Source: Hyphomicrobiaceae bacterium (GTDB lineage: Bacteria > Pseudomonadota > Alphaproteobacteria > Rhizobiales > Hyphomicrobiaceae). From it: 64,000 nt of DNA. Both the position numbers and the translations under genes were made by a program. The stretch covers positions 14,475-78,474 of the forward strand of contig JBFWXN010000014.1 in the NCBI GenBank assembly GCA_050187415.1, given 5' to 3'. Position 1 is the first letter of the stretch, and each line of letters opens with the position of its first letter. This document shows, piece by piece, positions 57,454-64,000 of the stretch. Below the pieces are notes generated by a model. That model had not been told where the DNA came from. It saw only the letters and a program-made list of their open reading frames with translations, and did no database searches.

Positions 57454-57906
57454 ATGTCCACGCTTTCGCCCGAGGAAGGGCTGATCTACGCCATGCTCAC
57501 CACGGCCGCAGTTGATGGGCGGATCACTGACGACGAGTTGTTTCGCATCGGCTCGATCGTGAAGGAGCTGCCGCCGTTTCTGAGCTACGATCATGAATGG
57601 CTCGTCAATGAAGCGCGGGACTGCAGCAAGGTCCTGGCCGGCGACGGCGGTCTCGACAGCGTGCTGGACCTGATCGTGGGCTCGCTGCCGAAGCACCTCG
57701 AGGAGACGGCTTATGTCCTCTGCGCCGAGGTGGCCGCGACCGACCTCAAAGTCCGTGTCGAAGAAATCCGCTTTCTCGAGCTGCTGGCAGGTCGGCTCAA
57801 ACTCGACAAGCTGATTTGTGCGGCCCTCGAGCGAAGCGCCAAGGCCCGGCATCAGAAAATCGATCCGACCACGCCGACCCGTCCGTGGCTTCCATCGGGA
57901 CAATAA
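57454..57906 (+). CDS. TerB (tellurite resistance) family protein
   Basis: LIYAMLTTAAVDGRITDDELFRIGSIV and YVLCAEVAATDLKVRVEEIRFLELLAGRLKLD are the two TerB-like helical hairpins with acidic ligand residues. Confidence 0.65.
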   Translation: MSTLSPEEGLIYAMLTTAAVDGRITDDELFRIGSIVKELPPFLSYDHEWLVNEARDCSKVLAGDGGLDSVLDLIVGSLPKHLEETAYVLCAEVAATDLKVRVEEIRFLELLAGRLKLDKLICAALERSAKARHQKIDPTTPTRPWLPSGQ

Positions 57907-58031
57907 GCAAAAGAGGCACGCGAGACGTACCTCGACCCTTCAAGGTTCCGACCGAGCTCGCCACTCGGCGCCTAGCACGTTTCTTTTGACGCACTGCTAT
58001 CCATCGTGACATCAGCAATGGACGTCCCGCT

Positions 58032-59456
58032 TCAAAACGTCCCCCCGGTTTCGAAATCGCGCCCTGAGCGGCTTGGCTGTCCGCCCCCGCCGCCCCAGCT
58101 CCCACCCATTGAGCCACCAGGGAAACCATCGAACGGCGGTAGGCCGGATTGCCGTCGCCAGGGATCGCCGGGCCGCTGCCGCCAGTGTTGCTGCCGCTGC
58201 ATACGAATCCAATATTCGGCCGCCGTAATGGCGCCGCGCAGCAGCATTTGAAGCAGATCATCGACGCCGGGACTGTCTTCGAACTCGGAACCGACGTCGT
58301 CATACCTCTGCCGGCGGAAGTTCGAGGCGAGCCGCTGCAGCTCCATCTTGCGTTCCGAGAGTTGGTCGAGCCGACGTCTGCGGCTCGCGTTGGCAGCTTC
58401 GAGCGCCTCGAGCGCGCTCGCCAAACCGCGAACCTCTTCGACGACCTGATCGTCCTCTCGAGTTTCGGTTGCGGCTGCATCGCCCATCAGGCGGCGTAGC
58501 GGCTCACGTTCGAGAAATGCGGCATAGGCGGCCACCGCCGCAATGAAGGATTGATCCTCGCCCTTGGCATAGGTCTTCAATTGATGGCCGGTCTCAGTCA
58601 ATTCGGAGGTAACCTTCTCGAGTTGTCCAGCAAGCTCGGTCTGCCGTTCGCGCTCGCTCTTCAGCTCCGCAATCAGATCCGCCCCCGCCAGCTCCCGGGT
58701 CCGCGCTGCCTCGACCTCGTCGAGCCTCAACTTGGCTTCCCCAGCTTGTCGCCTGACATCCTCGGCATGCGCACGCAGCCTGACGGGGATCTCCGTCAGC
58801 AAAGCATAGTTGGCACGTGCACCCGGGTACTGGACGAGCCTCGCCACCCACTCGTCGAGCACACGGGTGAGCCCCGTCGCCTGATACGCCGGCGTGCCCA
58901 TTTTTCGCTGCCAGAGGTACATGAAAAGCGGGTCGCTACGGTAAGGTAGTCCCTTCTCGTGCTCGTCCCGCGTGACCTGCTCGGCCTTTTCGATCGCTTT
59001 GTCGAGCGTGGCGGCGAGGGCGTCGTGCGCCTCCGAAAGTTCGCGATATTCCGAATCTTGCTGCAGCACCGTGCGTGCCTCGGTCCCAAAGCGATCGAGC
59101 TGCGCCTCGAGTTCCGCAATCCGGCGCGACAGCCCATCCTGCCGTGCGACGTGCGCGGCTCTTTCGGCTTCGGCCTTCTCCTGCCGATCGGCGAGAGCCG
59201 CAACCGTCCTCAGGCGCGCTTCGAGGATGCCGCGTACCTGATGCGTGAGATTGTCGGCTTCGTCGATGACACTGTCCGACATCGCATCGCGCGCGCGAAT
59301 GGCCGCAAGCCGCCGCAGCGCCTCCAGCCGGTTGGCGATGATGCCGACCCGCTCGTTGTTGGTCGTCTCCAACTCGCGCGCCAGCGTCGCCTCCTGGCCC
59401 TTGAGCTCGCGCAGCGCCTCCTCGATCCCCGCCAGCGTGTCACGACCGCTTTGCAT
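58032..59456 (-). CDS. hypothetical long coiled-coil protein with Gly/Trp-rich C-terminal tail
   Basis: 474 aa. ATG 59456 lies 2 nt after the upstream stop (TAGGGATG). Heptad-rich segments flank a conserved-looking core (DPLFMYLWQRKMGTPAYQATGLTRVLDEWVARL). The tail is GGSMGGSWGGGGGQPSRSG. Confidence 0.6.
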   Translation of the reverse strand: MQSGRDTLAGIEEALRELKGQEATLARELETTNNERVGIIANRLEALRRLAAIRARDAMSDSVIDEADNLTHQVRGILEARLRTVAALADRQEKAEAERAAHVARQDGLSRRIAELEAQLDRFGTEARTVLQQDSEYRELSEAHDALAATLDKAIEKAEQVTRDEHEKGLPYRSDPLFMYLWQRKMGTPAYQATGLTRVLDEWVARLVQYPGARANYALLTEIPVRLRAHAEDVRRQAGEAKLRLDEVEAARTRELAGADLIAELKSERERQTELAGQLEKVTSELTETGHQLKTYAKGEDQSFIAAVAAYAAFLEREPLRRLMGDAAATETREDDQVVEEVRGLASALEALEAANASRRRRLDQLSERKMELQRLASNFRRQRYDDVGSEFEDSPGVDDLLQMLLRGAITAAEYWIRMQRQQHWRQRPGDPWRRQSGLPPFDGFPGGSMGGSWGGGGGQPSRSGRDFETGGTF

Positions 59457-59458
59457 CC

Positions 59459-60397
59459 CTACCACCTCGTCAGCGCGCCGCCGGACACCTCGCGCCGCCA
59501 CGTCGGCTCGAGGTCGCCACGCGCTTTCGCGCCGATGACCGCGCCCTGAATTATTCCATCGTCGAGCTTGTCGGCCTGCACCGCATCGAACACCGACTTC
59601 GGAACGCGCAGCGCCCATTTCTTCACGGTCTCGCGTTCGCCCGTCTCCTCGTTGAGGATCGACTGCGCAACCGCACTGCCGGAGGCGTCGATCCCTTCGA
59701 CCACCAGGTAGTAATTGCGGCTCAGCGGATTCACCCGCGGCACCCTCCATAGCCCGGTGATCTCGCCCTGACGATTGACGATCCGTATCTCATAGGCAGA
59801 ACGGATTTTCGCGAGCATCACCTTCAAGCGTTCTTCGGCCGCGCGAGCCGCCGTCGCGTCTCCACCGCCCGCCGCCGAGCGCGCGCTTTCCGCCAACTGG
59901 CGAGCCTCGTCCAGAGCGGCAGGGGACTTTGCCTCGCGTTCGATCTGGCTCGTCAGACCACTGACGCGCGCCGGCAGGTCGTGGCCCAGTTCTCGCTCGA
60001 CGGCAGCCCTTTCGAGCGCCTTTGGTCGTTCATAGGCAAGATACCAGCCTCCGCTTCCGGCAACCGCCGCCACCGCCACGATGCCAGCTCGTTTTCCCCA
60101 TCGCTCGCGTGCCACATAAAGGCGCGCGAGACGGACCTCGAACGAAGATGGCGGCGGCGTATAGACGAAGCGCTTTTCCTCGAGCGCCTTGACACCTTCC
60201 TCGAGGATGCTGTCGGGCACGTCGATGCCCTGGCCCTTGTAGATCTCGCGCAGACGCTCGATCAGTTCGGCGCGGCGATACGAATCGTCGAGTTCGCGCT
60301 CAACCAGACGCTTGTCGTGGCGCAACGTATCGACGACGTCCATGGCAATCATGACGTCGTCGAGCGGCCTCGAGGATTTCGCGTCGGCATTGGCCAT
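59459..60397 (-). CDS. hypothetical single-pass membrane protein
   Basis: 312 aa with a cytoplasmic helical N-terminus, TM helix AGIVAVAAVAGSGGWYLAY and a C-terminal beta-rich domain (YEIRIVNRQGEITGLWRVPRVNP...YYLVVEGIDASG). Confidence 0.6.
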   Translation of the reverse strand: MANADAKSSRPLDDVMIAMDVVDTLRHDKRLVERELDDSYRRAELIERLREIYKGQGIDVPDSILEEGVKALEEKRFVYTPPPSSFEVRLARLYVARERWGKRAGIVAVAAVAGSGGWYLAYERPKALERAAVERELGHDLPARVSGLTSQIEREAKSPAALDEARQLAESARSAAGGGDATAARAAEERLKVMLAKIRSAYEIRIVNRQGEITGLWRVPRVNPLSRNYYLVVEGIDASGSAVAQSILNEETGERETVKKWALRVPKSVFDAVQADKLDDGIIQGAVIGAKARGDLEPTWRREVSGGALTRW

Positions 60398-60534
60398 GAC
60401 TTCGATTGCCCCTGCGTCGTCGAGCGGTCGGCCCTCAGCGGCGTGGGCGCATATCCGCAGCGGGTATCAGCGCCGGGTCGCGAACGCCAAGGATTCGATC
60501 GTTTCCTTGTCTCATCGGAGCGTCGCCCCGCGGC

Positions 60535-61695
60535 TCAGTTGAGCGTCGCTGCGTCGACGGAGAGCTGCGCGAGACGCCGCTTTCCGTCCTCGACGGCCTC
60601 GTTGATCTCCTCCGAGTTGCGGCTCGCCATGACGCGCATTTCCTTGATGATCTGCCGCGAGCGCTCCTGAAACGACACGACCGAGTCGACAAGCTTCTTG
60701 ACCGCATCGGCGCGGACTGTCGGCCCATAGCCCGCCTTGACCGCCGCCTCCTGCACCTTGTTGCCGATCTCGCCGATCGTCTCGAGACTATCGGACACGC
60801 CCTTCTTCATGGCCTCGAGCGTCTCCGTCGACTCGTGCAACCCGAACAGCCCCGTGAACGACGCCTTGAGCGCCGTCAGGACCGCCTCGTTCGTCGAAAA
60901 AAAAGTGATCGCCTGCTGATAAACGCGCTCCTTGGCGTTTGTCGTTTGCAGCAGCCGCGTCATGATCACTTCGGTTGTATTATAGCCGATCGTCAGGTTG
61001 TCGGCGAGGTCTTTGGTAATCTGATACCGTTTGTCTTCGTCCTGCATGATCCGCAACTTCTCGTCGCGCGCCAACTCCAGCTTCGCCCGCTCCGACGGAT
61101 CGCTGCCGGCAAATCCGGAAACGGCATCCGATGCGGCCGCCAGCGCTGTTTTGGTAGCATCGAGCCTGGCCTCCGCCGTCTTCAGCACTTCGAGCGCGAG
61201 GATCTGCCCTTGCTTATAGGCGCCGCGATAATCCTGGTAGGCAGCCAGAATGCGCTGCTCCCGCTTGATCTGGTCGGCACTGTCTGCCGCGACGGAGAGG
61301 TAGGATTTCTGGATCTTGTCGAAACGCTGCGAGACATCCCCGCGGGACACCTTCATCCACACGTTGTTCACGCGTTCGAACGTCGAGATACGGCCGTCAT
61401 CGAGTTGATCCACCAGCGTTTTCGCGTCATCCCGGATCGAGTTGAAACTCTCGACGATATCGTTGTAGCGCTCCCCCACCTTCATTGCCGAGATCTCATT
61501 GCGCACGATTTCGTTGAAGGTTGATGCCTCGGCCAACGTGCGCGCGATGATCGTCACCTTGTCCTTGTCGAGGTCGACGATTTGCTCGAGCAGCGCCACG
61601 ATCGGATCCTGGCCCGAGCTTTCCACCTTGAGACCCAGGTCGCGCACCTGGGAAATGGCCCTGTCGAGATACTGAAGCGCGGGAAGCGTGGCCAT
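60535..61695 (-). CDS. TelA-like (toxic anion resistance family?) all-helical protein
   Basis: 386 aa, GGAGATG before the ATG, no TM. Length and helical block order resemble TelA/YceH as I recall them, but residue identity by eye is low. Confidence 0.5.
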   Translation of the reverse strand: MATLPALQYLDRAISQVRDLGLKVESSGQDPIVALLEQIVDLDKDKVTIIARTLAEASTFNEIVRNEISAMKVGERYNDIVESFNSIRDDAKTLVDQLDDGRISTFERVNNVWMKVSRGDVSQRFDKIQKSYLSVAADSADQIKREQRILAAYQDYRGAYKQGQILALEVLKTAEARLDATKTALAAASDAVSGFAGSDPSERAKLELARDEKLRIMQDEDKRYQITKDLADNLTIGYNTTEVIMTRLLQTTNAKERVYQQAITFFSTNEAVLTALKASFTGLFGLHESTETLEAMKKGVSDSLETIGEIGNKVQEAAVKAGYGPTVRADAVKKLVDSVVSFQERSRQIIKEMRVMASRNSEEINEAVEDGKRRLAQLSVDAATLN

Positions 61696-61871
61696 CGGTC
61701 ATCTCCATTTCAGGGCGCCCCACACGGCGTCCCGCCTACGAAGTGTGGCCGGCCGGCCGTGGCGTCAAGATGTGCGCCGGCCAATCATCTGCATTCCAAC
61801 CTTTGATCCGTCCCTTCTCGAAATGCACCGAGCCGCCAATCCCATCGATGGAATCGCGTGCCAACCTGCTG

Positions 61872-62552
61872 TTACCGCCCGTTCGTCGGCGCCTGTCGCT
61901 TCCAGCCCATCTCCCAGAAATCCGCTTCCAGCCGCGTCGCCTCCCGAAAAATAGCTTCGAGCTCGCGTCGGCGCCCCGGGGTCAGATACCGTTCCGCGAG
62001 CCGATCCAGATGGCCACGGGCGGCGTTGGCGACATCCTGGTAGGCTTGACCGGCATATTCTGCGATCCACACACGATAGGGATTCGATGGGTCATCGCCT
62101 TTTGGCAGCTTGGCCAATCGCGTCGCGATCTCCGCATAGCCGATGACGCACGGCGCGAGCGCGACCTTGAGCGAGAGCAGGTCCCCGCGCATGCCCGCAT
62201 CGAGCACGTAGCGCGTGTAAGCGAGCGTCTCCGGCTCCGAAGGCGCACTCTCGAGATCCTCGGGCGACAAGCCCCACGCCGCGCAGAGCTTGACGTGCAG
62301 GCCCATTTCGACATCGAGAATGGCCGAGATGCCGCCTGCGCCCTCACGCATGTCCGCCAATGTCGGCGCCTTGTACACGGCGAGCGCATAGGCCCGCGCG
62401 AATTCGATCAGGAACAGGTAGTCCTGCACCAAGTAGTGCCGGAATGCCGGCTCGGGCAGCGTGCCGTGACCCATCGCGTTTGTGAACGGATGCTCGGCGT
62501 AGCGTCGCCATTCGTCCGCTCCCGACGCCTTGAGCGTCTCGAAGAAATCCAT
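61872..62552 (-). CDS. tenA: TenA family protein (aminopyrimidine aminohydrolase / thiaminase II)
   Basis: HPFTNAMGHGTLPEPAFRHYLVQDYLFL, LAPCVIGYAEI (catalytic Cys position), EADFWEMG. Confidence 0.8.
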   Translation of the reverse strand: MDFFETLKASGADEWRRYAEHPFTNAMGHGTLPEPAFRHYLVQDYLFLIEFARAYALAVYKAPTLADMREGAGGISAILDVEMGLHVKLCAAWGLSPEDLESAPSEPETLAYTRYVLDAGMRGDLLSLKVALAPCVIGYAEIATRLAKLPKGDDPSNPYRVWIAEYAGQAYQDVANAARGHLDRLAERYLTPGRRRELEAIFREATRLEADFWEMGWKRQAPTNGR

Positions 62553-62742
62553 CGCAGGTGCACCCGTACAGTTCGCCGAATGGAGGTCATCCCATGATGT
62601 ACGCCCGACGCTGCCCTCGGCCAATCTGGAGCACCAGACCTCGGCCGGAAGACCGAACGGCCATGCGGCGGCCGTCGCGATTTCCAAGACATCAAACCGT
62701 CATCGTCGCGCGCGCCACGGAGCCTCGCTGATCCCCGCCTCG

Positions 62743-63874
62743 CTAATCGATGTCCTCGACCTCGGCCGGGCCACCGCCTTTGATACGATGCGCCAGCGCG
62801 GCCTCGATGAAGGGATCGAGATCGCCATCGAGCGCACCGGCTGTGTCGCTGGTTTGCACGCCTGTCCGCAAATCCTTCACCATCTGATACGGCTGCAAGA
62901 CATACGAGCGGATCTGATGGCCCCAACCGATGTCGGACTTCGCCGCCTGCTCTGCCAGCGCCTTCGCCTCCCGTTTCTTCAACTCCATCTCGTAGAGGCG
63001 CGCCTTCAACCGCTTCATTGCAATATCGCGGTTCTGGTGCTGCGAGCGCTGCTCTTGGGCGAAGATGATGATGTTGGTCGGCTTGTGGACGAGCCGAACG
63101 GCGGATTCGGTACGGTTCACGGACTGTCCGCCCGCGCCCTGCGAACGCGTATATGAAATGTCGAGGTCCGCAGGATTGATCTCGATTTCGATAGTATCAT
63201 CGATGACCGGATAAACCGTGACGCTCGAAAAGGACGTGTGTCGGCGTGCATTGGAATCGTAGGGCGAAATCCGCACCAGGCGATGCACGCCCGCCTCCGT
63301 CTTCAGCCACCCGTACGCGTTCTCGCCCTTGACCTCGATCGTCGCACTCTTGATGCCGGCCTCCTCGCCGTCGCTCCGATCGTGGAGGACGACCTTGAAC
63401 CCGCGCCGTTCCGCCCAGCGCGTGTACATGCGCAGGAGCATCTCCGCCCAGTCCTGGCTCTCTGTGCCGCCAGCGCCGGCGTGCACCTCGAGGTAGGCAT
63501 CCATGCCATCGGCCTCTCCCGACAGCAGCGCCTCGACTTCCTGCCGCTGAACTTCCTTCACCAAGCGTTTCAGACCCGCCTCGGCCTCGCCCAGCGTCGC
63601 TTGGTCAGCCTCGGCCTCGGCGAGTTCGAGCAGCGTCAGATTGTCGTCAAGCTCCCGCTCGAGCTGCTTGAAGCTTGCGACGGCGCGCTCCAGCGATTGG
63701 CGCTGACGCATGACCTTTTGGGCTCGCTGCGGATTGGACCACAGGTTGGGGTCTTCGCTGTCGCGGTTCAGTGACGCGAGGCGATCTTCGGCAGTCTCCC
63801 AGTCAAAGAGACCTCCGCAGAAGGGCCAGCGACTCCTGAATGTCGCTGACGAGCTTCTCATGCTCGGCGCGCAT
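62743..63874 (-). CDS. prfB: peptide chain release factor 2 (two reading frames joined by +1 programmed frameshift)
   Basis: Frame 0 is ATG 63874 [23 protein letters not shown] then TGA. The +1 frame continues DWETAEDRL...SPYDS...GAGGQ... to 62743. Confidence 0.9.
63802..63814 (-). other. RF2 +1 frameshift site with upstream SD-like element
   Basis: The minus strand reads CGGAGG TCT CTT TGA C. CTT TGA C is the conserved slippery/stop context and GGAGG lies 3 nt upstream of CTT, as in E. coli prfB. Confidence 0.85.
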
Positions 63875-64000
63875 GGGTATCTCCGTTGAATTGATTGAGC
63901 AGCTTGCGAGCCGATATAGGCCCCAGCGGTGGTCCACGCAACGTGCGTGAACGCCGATCGTCAAAGTCGCGACTCGAGGCCTCCGCGCTGATAAGCCTCT

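Noticed and set aside
60406-61524. 372-aa plus-strand ORF antisense to the TelA-like gene. 58551..59549 plus-strand ORFs are antisense to the coiled-coil gene.
   Set aside because: Coiled-coil genes rich in GAG/CTC/CGC codons generate long antisense frames. The minus-strand products have start codons with SD sequences and stop-start coupling.
1-64000. I looked for CRISPR arrays, IS elements or transposases, integrases, prophage genes, toxin-antitoxin pairs, restriction-modification genes and rRNA/tRNA genes.
   Set aside because: No direct-repeat/spacer periodicity, no DDE/tyrosine-recombinase-like translations and no tRNA cloverleaf candidates were recognisable by eye. Absence cannot be proven without tRNAscan or Infernal.

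Overview
High-GC alphaproteobacterial chromosomal segment. Class I LysRS, GapR/DUF2312, a PodJ-like polarity factor, an Alph_Pro_TM/TIGR02186 protein and CtrA-type boxes point to Hyphomicrobiales/Rhizobiales-like ancestry. I support about 53 protein-coding genes. I could not recognise any rRNA, tRNA, CRISPR array, transposase or integrase. Layout: (i) 1.8-13.1 kb is an oxidoreductase-rich catabolic block with two adjacent acyl-CoA dehydrogenases, a cyclase, two GMC oxidoreductases, an NtaA/DszA-type LLM monooxygenase and an orphan BoxC-like benzoyl-CoA-dihydrodiol lyase. (ii) 13.4-33.7 kb holds housekeeping and envelope genes: argG, M50 protease, MATE, ligase-associated helicase plus PdeM, PodJ-like, pip, DUF4212 plus Na:solute symporter, mscL. 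(iii) 33.8-37.9 kb is a MarR / NDH-like-oxidoreductase::SelD fusion / radical-SAM Cys-rich protein operon, my best candidate for an undescribed selenium-utilisation system. (iv) 38-57 kb holds ispE, priA, gapR, transaldolase-type aldolase and lysK. It also holds a SelW-like selenoprotein gene (50362..50580, minus) that the ORF track misses because it carries an in-frame TGA (CGAU motif) followed by a SECIS-like hairpin. (v) 57.4-61.7 kb holds a TerB-family gene facing a three-gene operon: a TelA-like helical protein, a single-TM protein and a long coiled-coil protein with a Gly-rich tail. Their function is unknown. (vi) prfB carries the classical CTT TGA C +1 programmed frameshift. All functional calls rest on my reading of the translated ORFs and recalled family motifs. 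No database search was run.
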